Shown here: positions 10,268 to 20,230 of the stretch, one piece after another | Numbering within the stretch: position 1 is the first letter of the stretch | How the letters are laid out: every line of letters begins with the position of its first letter | From: Alphaproteobacteria bacterium | GTDB lineage: Bacteria; Pseudomonadota; Alphaproteobacteria; SP197 | Length of the DNA: 64,000 nucleotides | Assembly (NCBI GenBank): GCA_965228895.1 | Contig: OZ245842.1 | Span: 5,056,001-5,120,000 of the forward strand | Direction of reading: 5' to 3' | The notes under the pieces: model-generated | Database searches by the model: none | Told to the model about the DNA's origin: nothing | What the model saw: only the letters and a program-made list of their open reading frames with translations | Position numbers and translations under genes: made by a program

Positions 10268-10861
10268 GTGGCCAAGAAACCGCGCGGCGGTCTAAGCGAA
10301 GAAGACCTTCGCTTGTGGTGGCACGTCACCCAGTCCGTCTCGCCGCTGCCCGGCCGTCAGGTCGATGGTGCCGAGGCCGACAAAGCGCAGCCAAGAAAGA
10401 AACCCAAAGCCGCGGATAAGGGCGAACCGCAACCGGCGCCCCAGCACGTCACGCGGCTGATTCACAAACCCCTGGTCGATCGGCCGCGGGTCAACCATCA
10501 CAGCCTTCTGGCGGGCGAACTCGACGGTGTCGACCGGCGGCTGGGTCAGCGCCTGAAACGCGGTCAGCTGCCGATCGAGGCCAGGCTCGATCTGCACGGC
10601 CGCCGCCGCGACGACGCCCATATCGCGCTCAACGCGTTCCTGGGCGACGCCCAGGCGCGCGGCATCCGCTGCGTTCTCGTCATAACCGGCAAGGGCCGGC
10701 GCACACCGTTGGACGAACCGCGCAGTGTTTTGAAGGCGATGTTGCCGCGTTGGCTCAACGAGCCGCCCAACCGCAATCGTATCCTGGCTTTTGCCCACGC
10801 CCGGCCCCAGCATGGCGGCGAGGGCGCCTATTATGTGCTGCTCAGGAAAGGCCATCGTTAA
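10268..10861 (+). CDS. Smr/MutS2 domain endonuclease
   Basis: ARLDLHG, LVITGKG, HGGEGAYYVLL. Confidence 0.92.
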   Translation: MAKKPRGGLSEEDLRLWWHVTQSVSPLPGRQVDGAEADKAQPRKKPKAADKGEPQPAPQHVTRLIHKPLVDRPRVNHHSLLAGELDGVDRRLGQRLKRGQLPIEARLDLHGRRRDDAHIALNAFLGDAQARGIRCVLVITGKGRRTPLDEPRSVLKAMLPRWLNEPPNRNRILAFAHARPQHGGEGAYYVLLRKGHR

Positions 10862-10884
10862 GGTCAAGATGTAGGAGATCCGCC

Positions 10885-11373
10885 ATGCCCCAGCTCGACG
10901 GTTCATGCCATTGCGGCGCGGTCCGGTTCTCGGTGCAGTCACCGACGCCCTATCCCTACATGCGCTGCTATTGCTCGATTTGCCGCAAGACAGACGGCGG
11001 CGGTGGCTACGCGATTAATCTGATGGGCCAGGCCGATACGCTTGAGGTCACCGGCGACGATGCGATCTCGGTCTATCAGGCGGTGATTGACGGCGAACAA
11101 AGCCCCGCCCGCCGGCACTTCTGCAAGAACTGCGGCACGGCGCTATGGCTTTTCGATCCTCGTTGGCCAGAGCTTGTGCATCCCTTCGCCAGCGCCGTCG
11201 ACAGCCCGCTGCCGGCAACACCGGAGACCCAGCACATCATGCTCGACGCCAAGCCCGATTGGGTCCAGGTCGCGCCGGCGGATAAGCAGAACATCCATTT
11301 CGCCGGTTATCCCGACCAATCGATCGAGGATTGGCATAAGAGCCGCGGGCTATGGCAAGACGAGACGCCATGA
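10885..11373 (+). CDS. GFA family Zn-binding protein
   Basis: GSCHCG, CYCSICRK, RHFCKNCG; AGGAG RBS. Confidence 0.9.
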   Translation: MPQLDGSCHCGAVRFSVQSPTPYPYMRCYCSICRKTDGGGGYAINLMGQADTLEVTGDDAISVYQAVIDGEQSPARRHFCKNCGTALWLFDPRWPELVHPFASAVDSPLPATPETQHIMLDAKPDWVQVAPADKQNIHFAGYPDQSIEDWHKSRGLWQDETP

Positions 11374-11403
11374 CGAGCGCCTGTCAGCAACAAGGAAACA
11401 TCC

Positions 11404-12297
11404 ATGGATAAAAGGATTGGCATCATCAGCCCGGGCGTCATGGGGGCGGCGGTCGGGCGTGTGCTCGTCGACAACGGCTGCCATGTGGTGACCTGTCTGG
11501 CCGGACGCAGCGACATCACCCGCGAACGCGCGGAGAAGGCCGGCATGGTCGGCTTGGCCGATATTGACGCAGTCGTCGCGGCGTCCGACATGATCCTGGC
11601 GATCCTGCCGCCGGCCGATGCGATCCCCTTGGCGCGTATGGTGGCGGCCGCGATGGACCTCACCCACTTCTCGCCGGTCTTTGTCGACTGCAACGCCGTA
11701 TCGCCCACGACCGCGCGCGAGGTTGGCCGCATCATGGGCGGCGCCAAGGCCCCCTTCATCGATGCCGGCATCATCGGCGGGCCGCCGTCAGGCGGCTATG
11801 CGCCCACGTTCTATTGCAGCGGGCCGGAGACGGGGCCGTTGATGGCGCTCGACGGCATGGGGATCCAGGTTAGAGACGCTGGCCCTGAGATCGGCGCGGC
11901 CTCGGGCGTCAAGATGTGCTACGCCGCCATCACCAAGGGCACGATGACCCTGCACACCGCCGCCCTGATCGCCGCCGAACGCATGGGCCTGCGCGATGTC
12001 CTGTGGCGTGAGCTCGAAGCGAGCCAGGGCAAAGTCGCCGAGAAGATGACCGAGACCGTGCCTTTCCTGCCCGCAGACTCCGCGCGCTGGGTCGGCGAGA
12101 TGGAGGAGATCGCGGCGACGTTCGGCGACGCCGGCCTGCCGCCGGGCTTCCATGAGGCGGCGGGCGACGTGTTCCGGCTGTTGGCGCGGAGCCACTTTGC
12201 TGGCGAGACACGCGAGACCATGAACCAAGACCGCACCCTGGATGAGGCGATCCGCGCCTATGCCGAGGTTACGGGCGAGGGTCATGGCGATGGGTGA
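11404..12297 (+). CDS. NAD(P)-dependent oxidoreductase, 6-phosphogluconate/3-hydroxyisobutyrate dehydrogenase-like (DUF1932 C-terminus)
   Basis: Rossmann-like SPGVMG, IIGGPP, KMCYAAITKG, RWVGEMEEIA. Confidence 0.85.
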   Translation: MDKRIGIISPGVMGAAVGRVLVDNGCHVVTCLAGRSDITRERAEKAGMVGLADIDAVVAASDMILAILPPADAIPLARMVAAAMDLTHFSPVFVDCNAVSPTTAREVGRIMGGAKAPFIDAGIIGGPPSGGYAPTFYCSGPETGPLMALDGMGIQVRDAGPEIGAASGVKMCYAAITKGTMTLHTAALIAAERMGLRDVLWRELEASQGKVAEKMTETVPFLPADSARWVGEMEEIAATFGDAGLPPGFHEAAGDVFRLLARSHFAGETRETMNQDRTLDEAIRAYAEVTGEGHGDG

Positions 12298-12349
12298 GCC
12301 TCGGGCCGTTGGGCTATGCTGCTGCGTCACATGAGGGGAAAGGACGACC

Positions 12350-12979
12350 ATGCCGTCTTATGAACTGCTCTTGGCGTTTGTCGTCGCCACTGCCGTATTC
12401 GCCTATATGCCCGGCCCGGCCATGCTCTATACGGCGGCGCAAACGATTGCGCGCGGACGGCGTGCCGGGTTGATGGCGGCGTTCGGCATTCACCTTGGCG
12501 GCTACGTCCACGTCATCGCCGCGGCGTTCGGCCTCTCGGTCGTCTTCAAGCTGGTGCCCGAGGCCTATACGGCGGTCAAGATTGCCGGCGCGCTCTACCT
12601 GGTCTGGCTCGGTATCGGCATCATCCGTCAGCGCATCGACGGCACCGCCAGACCGCAGACAGCCGCCAGATCGTCGCGCCGGGCCTTTTTCGAGAGCATC
12701 ACGGTCGAAGTGTTGAACCCGAAGGCCGCGATCTTCTTTCTCGCCTTCCTGCCCCAGTTCGTCGACCCGGCCGCGGCCTTCCCCGTCTGGGTCCAGTTCC
12801 TGATCCTGGGAACCGTCGTCAACCTCGCGTTTTCCTCGGCTGATCTGGTCTGCATCCTGCTCGCCTCGACCCTGGTCAAGCGGCTCAAGAACGGCGGCTG
12901 GGGCGAGCGGCTGGCGCGCTGGACCGGCGGTGCGTTGTTGATCGGGCTTGGCGCGCGCCTCGCCTTCGACAGGAACTGA
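12350..12979 (+). CDS. LysE/RhtB family amino-acid exporter
   Basis: PGPA, GALYLVWLG, LNPKAAIFFLAFLPQF. Confidence 0.92.
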   Translation: MPSYELLLAFVVATAVFAYMPGPAMLYTAAQTIARGRRAGLMAAFGIHLGGYVHVIAAAFGLSVVFKLVPEAYTAVKIAGALYLVWLGIGIIRQRIDGTARPQTAARSSRRAFFESITVEVLNPKAAIFFLAFLPQFVDPAAAFPVWVQFLILGTVVNLAFSSADLVCILLASTLVKRLKNGGWGERLARWTGGALLIGLGARLAFDRN

Positions 12980-12983
12980 CGTC

Positions 12984-14378
12984 GTGACCAGCCTCGATCC
13001 CCGCCATCTGGCCGACCTCGAAGCGATCGTCGGGTCGCGTGGCCTGCGCCACGGTAACGTGACGGAGACGCTGGAGCCCGGCATCCATCCGGCCAACCTG
13101 GACGCCGATGTCGTGGTGTTGCCGGCGTCGACCAGCGAGGTCGCCGCCATCGTGGGCTATTGCGCCCAGCACGGCATCGCCATCGTGCCCCATGGCGGGC
13201 GCACCGGACTGGCCGGCGGCGCTGTCTCTGTGCCCGGTCAGGTCGTCGTCCAGACAACCCGCATGAACGGCATCGTCGATATCGATCACCACGCGGGGAC
13301 GGCGGTCGTCGAGGCCGGCGCGACGCTGGGCGCCATCGACGCGGCGGTGGCCGAGCACGGGCTGTCTGTCGGCATCGATCTGGCCGCGCGCGACAGTGCG
13401 ACCATCGGCGGCATGGTCTCGACCAATGCCGGCGGTATCGAGGCGTTCCGCCATGGCGTCACCCGCCAACGGGTGCTGGGCCTGGAAGTCGTGCTGCCGG
13501 ACGGGCGCGTGCTGGATGACCTGAAGCTCGTCTCCAAAGCCAACGAAGGTTACGACATCAAGCAGCTCGTCATCGGCGGCGAAGGCACGTTGGGCATCGT
13601 CACCAAGGTGGCGCTTGCCCTGGTGCCCAGACCGGGCGCCAAGGCGACCGCGCTGGTCAGCGTCGACAGCGCCGATGGTGCTGTGCGCCTGTTCCGCCGT
13701 TTTCGCCATCATCCGGGCGGTACCTTGCTGGCGTCGGAACTCATGTGGCCCGGCTACGCCCGCGCCGTCGCCGACGCCAACGACCTTTCCGCCCTGCTGT
13801 CGTTCGAGAACGACCCCGGTGCGCTCTTCGACGTCATCGACGTGGCCGACGACGCGGCCGGTTCCGGCCAGGCGTTCCTGGAGGAGGTGCTCGCCGACGC
13901 CGCCGAGGCCGAGGAGATCCGCGACGCCCTGATCGCCAAGAACGACCAGGAGCGCGACAGGATCTGGCTCATCCGCGAGGACTCCTGGGCGATCGACCGC
14001 GCCAAGCCCGATGGCTTCTGGTACGACGTTTCCGTGCCCCAGGGCGCGCTCGACCGATATGCCGCCGATGTCTTCGCCCGCATCGCCGCGCTCGATGCCG
14101 GCTTCGAGGTCTTCCTGATGGGCCATCTTGGCGACGGCAACATGCATCTCACGATCACCGCCGGCAAACCGCTGCCGGACCATTACGACGCCGTCTGCGA
14201 CGCGGTCTATGAGGGGCTCGTCGACATCGGCGGCTCGTTCTCCGCCGAACACGGTATCGGGCTGGAAAAACGCGCCGCGCTCGTCGACCACGGCTCGGCC
14301 GTCAAGCTCGACATGATGCGCGCGGTCAAGGCTGCGCTCGACCCACAGAACATCATGAACCCCGGCAAAATTATTTAG
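12984..14378 (+). CDS. FAD-linked oxidase (GlcD/D-lactate/D-2-hydroxyacid dehydrogenase family)
   Basis: PHGGRTGLAGG, TIGGMVSTNAGG, GHLGDGNMH, SAEHGIG, NPGK. Confidence 0.9.
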   Translation: MTSLDPRHLADLEAIVGSRGLRHGNVTETLEPGIHPANLDADVVVLPASTSEVAAIVGYCAQHGIAIVPHGGRTGLAGGAVSVPGQVVVQTTRMNGIVDIDHHAGTAVVEAGATLGAIDAAVAEHGLSVGIDLAARDSATIGGMVSTNAGGIEAFRHGVTRQRVLGLEVVLPDGRVLDDLKLVSKANEGYDIKQLVIGGEGTLGIVTKVALALVPRPGAKATALVSVDSADGAVRLFRRFRHHPGGTLLASELMWPGYARAVADANDLSALLSFENDPGALFDVIDVADDAAGSGQAFLEEVLADAAEAEEIRDALIAKNDQERDRIWLIREDSWAIDRAKPDGFWYDVSVPQGALDRYAADVFARIAALDAGFEVFLMGHLGDGNMHLTITAGKPLPDHYDAVCDAVYEGLVDIGGSFSAEHGIGLEKRAALVDHGSAVKLDMMRAVKAALDPQNIMNPGKII

Positions 14379-14430
14379 AACACCCGTTGTGTTAAATACG
14401 GTCACCGCTTTGGATTAGAGGGAAAATGCC

Positions 14431-14892
14431 ATGAAGACAGGCTTTCAACCGCCCGGTGTCTGGCCGTCCTTCGGGTGCAATTCCATGGGGCTGGTCACCG
14501 GAGAAGGCCGGCAGGTGCTGCTCAGCGGACAGGTCGCGTGGGATGAAAAGCGGCACGTGGTCGGCGTCGGCGATATGCGCGCGCAGACCGAACAGACCTT
14601 CCGCAACATCCAGGCCTCGCTCGCCGCGGTCGGCGGCGAGATGGATGACGTGGTCTCGATCGTCACCTATGTGACGACGCCGGCGGGCCTCTCCGACATT
14701 CACGATGTCCGCACCAAGTTTTTCTCGGCGCCCTATCCGGTCAGCACGCTGGTGCAGGTCGCCGCCCTGGTCGACCCGGACCTGTTGATCGAGATTACGG
14801 CGACGGCCGTCGTGCCGCTGGACCGCTACCGTGAACCCGAAGCGGTGGATCCCGCGACCTTTGACGTCAGCGAGGGCGGCTTTAACCTGTGA
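14431..14892 (+). CDS. RidA/YjgF family protein
   Basis: LSGQV, PVSTLVQVAAL..PDLLIEI. Confidence 0.88.
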   Translation: MKTGFQPPGVWPSFGCNSMGLVTGEGRQVLLSGQVAWDEKRHVVGVGDMRAQTEQTFRNIQASLAAVGGEMDDVVSIVTYVTTPAGLSDIHDVRTKFFSAPYPVSTLVQVAALVDPDLLIEITATAVVPLDRYREPEAVDPATFDVSEGGFNL

Positions 14893-14901
14893 CGCCGAGG
14901 C

Positions 14902-16212
14902 CTAAAGAATAAACTTCGACAGATCCGCGTTCTTGGCGAGTTCGCCGACGCGTTCGTGGACAAAGGCGGCGTTGATGTCGACGGTTTCGCCGGCGCGATC
15001 GGGTGCGGTGAAACTGATTTCGTCGAGCAGTTTTTCCATCACCGTGTGCAGGCGGCGCGCGCCGATGTTCTCGATACTCTCGTTGATCTGGGTCGCCAGA
15101 TCGGCGAGCGCGTCAATAGCGTCTTCGGCAAAGGTCAGCGTCAGCTCTTCGGTGCCCATCAGCGCCGTGTACTGGATGATCAGGCTGTTTTCCGGTTCGG
15201 TCAGGATGCGGCGGAAGTCGTCGCGCGTCAGTGCCTTCAACTCGACCCGGTTGGGCAGCCGGCCCTGCAGTTCCGGCAGCAGGTCCGACGGCTTGGAAAG
15301 ATGGAACGCGCCCGAGCAGATGAAGAGCACGTGGTCGGTCTTGACCGAGCCGTGTTTGGTCGCAACCGTCGTGCCTTCAATCAGAGGCAACAGGTCGCGT
15401 TGCACGCCCTCGCGGCTGACGTCGGCGCCCTGGCGTTCGCTCCTGGCGGCGATCTTGTCGATCTCGTCGATGAAGACAATGCCGTCTTGTTCGACCGTCT
15501 CGATGGCTTCCTTCACAACCTGCTCTTCGTCGAGCAGTTTGTCGGCCTCCTCGGCCAGCAGCAGCTCGTAGCTGTCGCCGACCTTGAGCTTCCTGGGTTT
15601 GGTCTGGCCGCCGAAGGCTTTGCCGAACACGTCGTTCAGGTTCAGCATGCCCATCTGCGCGCCCGGCATGCCGGGAATGTCGAAGGTCGGCAGGGCGCCC
15701 GAACCGGTGTCGCGCACCGTGAGTTCGATTTCCTTATCGTCGAGCTGGCCCTGACGCAGCATGACGCGGAACTTCTGGCGCGTGTCGGCGCTGGCGTTCT
15801 CGCCGACCAGGGCGTCGAGCACGCGCTCCTCGGCGTTGATCTCGGCCTTGGCCGTCACCTCCTTGCGCATGGTCTCGCGGGTCATGGTGATGGCGATCTC
15901 GACCAAGTCGCGCACGATCTGCTCGACATCGCGCCCGACATAACCGACCTCGGTGAACTTGGTCGCTTCGACCTTGAGGAACGGCGCGTTGGCGAGCTTG
16001 GCCAGGCGGCGCGCGATCTCGGTCTTGCCGACGCCGGTCGGGCCGATCATCAGGATGTTCTTGGGCAGCACTTCCTCGCGCAGGTCGTCCGGCAGCTGCT
16101 GGCGGCGCCAGCGGTTTCGAAGCGCCACGGCGACGGCGCGCTTGGCGTCGTTCTGGCCGACGATGAAACGGTCGAGTTCGGAAACGATCTCGCGGGGTGA
16201 AAAACTGGTCAT
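14902..16212 (-). CDS. hslU: ATP-dependent protease ATPase subunit HslU
   Basis: [29 protein letters not shown]-terminal KFIL. Confidence 0.98.
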   Translation of the reverse strand: MTSFSPREIVSELDRFIVGQNDAKRAVAVALRNRWRRQQLPDDLREEVLPKNILMIGPTGVGKTEIARRLAKLANAPFLKVEATKFTEVGYVGRDVEQIVRDLVEIAITMTRETMRKEVTAKAEINAEERVLDALVGENASADTRQKFRVMLRQGQLDDKEIELTVRDTGSGALPTFDIPGMPGAQMGMLNLNDVFGKAFGGQTKPRKLKVGDSYELLLAEEADKLLDEEQVVKEAIETVEQDGIVFIDEIDKIAARSERQGADVSREGVQRDLLPLIEGTTVATKHGSVKTDHVLFICSGAFHLSKPSDLLPELQGRLPNRVELKALTRDDFRRILTEPENSLIIQYTALMGTEELTLTFAEDAIDALADLATQINESIENIGARRLHTVMEKLLDEISFTAPDRAGETVDINAAFVHERVGELAKNADLSKFIL

Positions 16213-16242
16213 ATGCTCTGGTGGTCCGTCGGTTTCGTTTTG

Positions 16243-16800
16243 TTAGGCAGCGTCAAGAGTCTCAACGACAACCTGGTCATTGGTGTAAACGCAAATCTCC
16301 GCGGCGACGGCAAGCGACTTCCTGGCGATCGTCTCGGCATCCATGCCGTCGACGTCCATCAGCGCGCGGGCCGCAGCGAGCGCATAGTTGCCGCCGGAGC
16401 CGATGCCGATCAAGCCGTCTTCGGGTTCCAGCACGTCGCCGGTGCCGGTGATCAGAAGCGAAACGTGGCTGTCGACCACGGCCATCAGCGCTTCGAGCCG
16501 GCGCAGGTAGCGGTCGGTGCGCCAGTCCTTGGCGAGCTCGACGCAGGCGCGCTGCAACTGGCCGGGATGGCGCTCCAGCTTCTGTTCCAGGCGCTCGAAA
16601 AGCGTGAAGGCGTCCGCTGTCGCGCCGGCGAAACCGGCGACGATGTTGCCGTCGCCGAGCCGGCGCACCTTGGTCGCGTTGCCCTTGACGATGGTCTGGC
16701 CCATGGAGACCTGGCCGTCGCCCGCGACGACAACCTTGCCGCCCTTGCGCAGCGCGAGGATCGTGGTGCCGTGCCACTGGCTGGCATCTGTGCTGCTCAT
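16243..16800 (-). CDS. hslV: ATP-dependent protease peptidase subunit HslV
   Basis: [35 protein letters not shown]. Confidence 0.98.
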   Translation of the reverse strand: MSSTDASQWHGTTILALRKGGKVVVAGDGQVSMGQTIVKGNATKVRRLGDGNIVAGFAGATADAFTLFERLEQKLERHPGQLQRACVELAKDWRTDRYLRRLEALMAVVDSHVSLLITGTGDVLEPEDGLIGIGSGGNYALAAARALMDVDGMDAETIARKSLAVAAEICVYTNDQVVVETLDAA

Positions 16801-16915
16801 CGGCGAATCTCGTTGGGTCAGGCCAGGGATCGCACGCCGGCAACCGCCGATTGGGCGGCGCGCGTACCCGTGCTATGTGAGGGCCCGAAACGTGCCGGTC
16901 AAGGGCAGGGGTGCC

Positions 16916-17359
16916 ATGCGGGAATATTGGGTCATGATGCGCGACAAGGTCGATATCGATATCGAGCTGGTGCGCGACGGATTCTCGTGGGGCGCATGCC
17001 TGATCCCGCTGTTCTGGGCGCTTTACCGCAGGCTGTGGCGGGTCTTCTTTATTCTTCTGGCGGTCGTGATCGGCCTCTCTGTCTTGTGGGGGGCTCTTGG
17101 ACTGGGTGAGACCGGCCTGATGGTCGCCAATGTCGCGCAGGCCCTGGTTCTGGGCTTTCTGGGCAACGAATTGCGCCGGTGGGAGCTCGGCCAAAAGGGC
17201 TTCAACACGGTCGATATCGTGGCCGCCAGGCGCTTCGACGAGGCCGAGGAAAAGGCAATTATTCGCTTGGCCGAGCACGAGGCCGAGCACCATGACGCCC
17301 GCGTAGCGGAAAATTCATTCCCTCAGGGGTTGCACCCCCAACCAGACCAGTCCATTTAG
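16916..17359 (+). CDS. DUF2628 family membrane protein
   Basis: VRDGFSWGA...LFWALYRRLW pattern with 2-3 TM helices. Confidence 0.75.
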   Translation: MREYWVMMRDKVDIDIELVRDGFSWGACLIPLFWALYRRLWRVFFILLAVVIGLSVLWGALGLGETGLMVANVAQALVLGFLGNELRRWELGQKGFNTVDIVAARRFDEAEEKAIIRLAEHEAEHHDARVAENSFPQGLHPQPDQSI

Positions 17360-17364
17360 GCGCC

Positions 17365-17904
17365 ATGGAAACTCGTTCCGCGCCGGCCTCTGCGTCCGTC
17401 GAGGTCAAACACGTCACCGAACTCAACCGACTCGATCTAGACGACCTGTGCGATGCCACAGACGCCGCGATCGTAGACGGTAACGGCTTCGGCTGGCTGA
17501 ACCCCCAGCCCCGCGAGCAGATCCAGCGCTACTGGAAAGGTGTGCTGCTGGTGCCCGAGCGCGAGCTTTGGGTCGGCCGGCTGGATGGCACCATCGCCGC
17601 GTCGGCGCAGCTGCAAAAGCCGCCGCGCAACAACGAGGCCCAGGCCCATTCGGCCCAGTTGACGACCCATTTCGTCGCGCCCTGGGCGCGCGGTCACGGG
17701 CTGGCCGCCATGCTGTTGCGCGCAGCCGAGGATTTCGCCCGCGAGATCGGTTTGAGCCACATGCGCCTCGACGTCCGCTCGACCCAGGCCCGCGCGATCG
17801 AGCTCTACGAATCCAACGGCTATGCCCGTTGGGGCGAGCTGCCGTCCTATGCCAAGGTTGGCACCGACTTCGTCACCGGCTTTTTCTACGTCAAGAAGCT
17901 TTAA
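17365..17904 (+). CDS. GNAT family N-acetyltransferase
   Basis: FVAPWARGHGLA acetyl-CoA motif, LDVRSTQ..AI.LY...GY. Confidence 0.9.
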   Translation: METRSAPASASVEVKHVTELNRLDLDDLCDATDAAIVDGNGFGWLNPQPREQIQRYWKGVLLVPERELWVGRLDGTIAASAQLQKPPRNNEAQAHSAQLTTHFVAPWARGHGLAAMLLRAAEDFAREIGLSHMRLDVRSTQARAIELYESNGYARWGELPSYAKVGTDFVTGFFYVKKL

Positions 17905-19331
17905 TTCACCTGCGGGCGCCATAGATAGGCGTCGCGGTAGCGCTGCGGGTTGATGTCGCGCAGCAGACGAATGATCTGCAGACCCTGTTCGTGGGTCAGG
18001 TTGCCGCCATAGTAGACACCGACCCAGCCGTTGTCCGATGGTTCGGTGACGCCTGCCTGGTTGTCGGTGACGGCACTCGCCTGGGCGGCGCACAAGGGTT
18101 CGCCGGCGAGATCCAGGATGGCATCAAGGCGCGCCTTGTTTTCCGGTTCGCTTGCCGCCCGCTTCATGCGCTCGAGATAGGCGCTTGCCTGGTCTTCCTT
18201 CTGGAACGACGCCAGAAAGACCCGGTAATCCGCGTTCTCGAAACGATTGAGCGCGAGCAGGAAGTCGCCGAGCTGGACCTCGTTCCGGCATGCCATCAGA
18301 CCAAGCATGTAGTCTGCAAGCTGCACGGGATTGAAGTACTGGTCGATCTGCACGTAGTAGGTTGGCTCGACCTCGTCGCGGGGATTGCAGAAGTAAACCG
18401 GCAGGAACTTGTTGACGAAAACCTGGTCAAGTGGCGCCGGTTCCTGGTTGGCCTCGATCATGGCCTTCAGATTGGCCCGCGCCGCGCCCATGTCGTCGAG
18501 CAGGATGTTGTTGATCGCCATCAGCATCAGGATGTCGGAGCGGAAACTTGGCAACCGGTCATCGTCGCTTCCATCGATCCGATCGAAGATCGCCTGATAG
18601 ATCTCGTTCGATTGCACGAGCGCACGCTGCGCCTGATCGCTCACGGGCCAGGCCGGCACGCCCGCACCATCGTCGCTGAAGTAGCCGATCATGGATTTTT
18701 CCTGCAGCGCCCGCGCCTTCAAAAACTCCGCGTAGAGAACGAAGCGGCTCTCGGGATAGCTGTCGATGACCAGGTCGGTAATGGCGATCTTGCCATCGAT
18801 GTAGTCGTCGGTGCGGCCGCGCCCATAGAAGGCGTCGTAGAACAGGCCGCGGCTGTTCATAAGCGCACGGTCGACGATCGCGCGGTTGTGGTCGTCGAGA
18901 CGCTCATCGCCAGTCACCAGGCCGTAGAGATAGGCTTGGTCGCCTGTCAGATCGCTCGACACCCAGCCCGGCGGCAGGTTGGCCAGAACCTGGGCGAAAG
19001 CGATCATGCCCTCGACCGTCGGCGCCTGGCGCATGGCCTCGGTCAGCTTCGCAATTCTCTCGCCGACGCAATCGACGTTCAGTCTTGAGCCGCATGTGCC
19101 CGCGGGCGCTTGCTCCGCTGCGTCCCGCAGTTGCGAGCAGGCGGCGTAAATCTCCGCCATCAGACCGGCAAGATCGGCGGCGTAACTCGCCTTGCCCGTG
19201 GCGATATCGTCGATCAGATCGTCGAGATCGCGGTCGATCTCGTCGAGATCACGTTGCTCGATGGCGGCTGACGCCGGAAGCGCCGCCAGGCACATCGCAA
19301 CGGCAAGGAAGGCGCCGACAACGAACTTCAT
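17901..19331 (-). CDS. Secreted hypothetical protein (476 aa): helical/TPR-like region and SPOR-like C-terminus
   Basis: GGAG RBS; signal peptide ending ASA; YPESRFVLYAEFLKARA TPR-like helix; YRVFLASFQKEDQA...GVYYGG...DAYL SPOR-like pattern. Confidence 0.75.
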   Translation of the reverse strand: MKFVVGAFLAVAMCLAALPASAAIEQRDLDEIDRDLDDLIDDIATGKASYAADLAGLMAEIYAACSQLRDAAEQAPAGTCGSRLNVDCVGERIAKLTEAMRQAPTVEGMIAFAQVLANLPPGWVSSDLTGDQAYLYGLVTGDERLDDHNRAIVDRALMNSRGLFYDAFYGRGRTDDYIDGKIAITDLVIDSYPESRFVLYAEFLKARALQEKSMIGYFSDDGAGVPAWPVSDQAQRALVQSNEIYQAIFDRIDGSDDDRLPSFRSDILMLMAINNILLDDMGAARANLKAMIEANQEPAPLDQVFVNKFLPVYFCNPRDEVEPTYYVQIDQYFNPVQLADYMLGLMACRNEVQLGDFLLALNRFENADYRVFLASFQKEDQASAYLERMKRAASEPENKARLDAILDLAGEPLCAAQASAVTDNQAGVTEPSDNGWVGVYYGGNLTHEQGLQIIRLLRDINPQRYRDAYLWRPQVN

Positions 19332-19348
19332 TACTCTCTCCGCACGCC

Positions 19349-20218
19349 TTACTGGAAGGGGTCGCCGCTTTCCTGCGGCATGAACTGTCGGGTGCAACCC
19401 CATTCCATCTGCTGGCGATCCGAAACGATGACCGTCAGATCAGGATGCGCATCGTCGTACTTCACCTCAAGCAATGGTGGGCGCACGTTCGTATCCTGAC
19501 CTTCATGATAGATCACCGCGCCTGAACCGTCGGACAGAATCGGCACCGGCAGCACGTAGGCGCCGGAAACGTTGAACGGCCGGATGATGCCGGAGGGTTC
19601 ATCAAAGTCGTCGCCATGATTGTTTCTGAAATTGATGAAGGTGGGTTCTTCGCTAAAGCCGGTATCGGTAAACTGAAGTTGCGCGCGGATCTGGCTCAGA
19701 TAGACACTTTCCTCGCGGCATAGAAACTTGATGAAGAGCACGCGGCTGTCGCGCTCATCATCGGCCGCGGCCTGTCGCGCACGGAAGTCCGCTTCCAGCT
19801 CTTCGCGGCGAAGCGCGTGGGCCGACTCCAGCTCGGCCATTTCAATTCTGACTTCTTCCTGCACCTTCGCGTCGAAGTTCACCATCTCGTTCAGGTCTTC
19901 GATGGTCATCAGGCCGCCATCGGGACGCAGCACCAGCCATATCAGACCCATGTAGACGGCCGGTGCGCCGCCCAGGGTGATCCATTTCCATTCGATCTTG
20001 CCCGTGCCGCCCAGAATGCCGACAAAGGCGACGGTCAGCGCCGCCATCAAGAAGAGAAACGCAAACAGGCCATTGGGTTTGCTCAAGGTGGCAAACACGA
20101 CAGAGAGAATGATCAGCGTGCCGAAGATCGCCAAAACAAAGGCCAAGAAGAAGACGCCGGAGACTTGGCGGCCGGTTTCGTACGCCGCCGGTTCGGGCGG
20201 TGTTTCATCCGTCGACAT
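19349..20218 (-). CDS. Hypothetical membrane protein (3 TM helices, coiled coil, soluble C-terminal domain)
   Basis: Three hydrophobic segments, charged heptad region EMAELESAHALRREELEADFRARQ; GAGGT RBS overlapping upstream stop. Confidence 0.75.
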   Translation of the reverse strand: MSTDETPPEPAAYETGRQVSGVFFLAFVLAIFGTLIILSVVFATLSKPNGLFAFLFLMAALTVAFVGILGGTGKIEWKWITLGGAPAVYMGLIWLVLRPDGGLMTIEDLNEMVNFDAKVQEEVRIEMAELESAHALRREELEADFRARQAAADDERDSRVLFIKFLCREESVYLSQIRAQLQFTDTGFSEEPTFINFRNNHGDDFDEPSGIIRPFNVSGAYVLPVPILSDGSGAVIYHEGQDTNVRPPLLEVKYDDAHPDLTVIVSDRQQMEWGCTRQFMPQESGDPFQ

Positions 20219-20230
20219 GGCAGTCAGACC

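Noticed and set aside
12885-14405. 506-aa minus-strand ORF
   Set aside because: Antisense shadow of the FAD-linked oxidase
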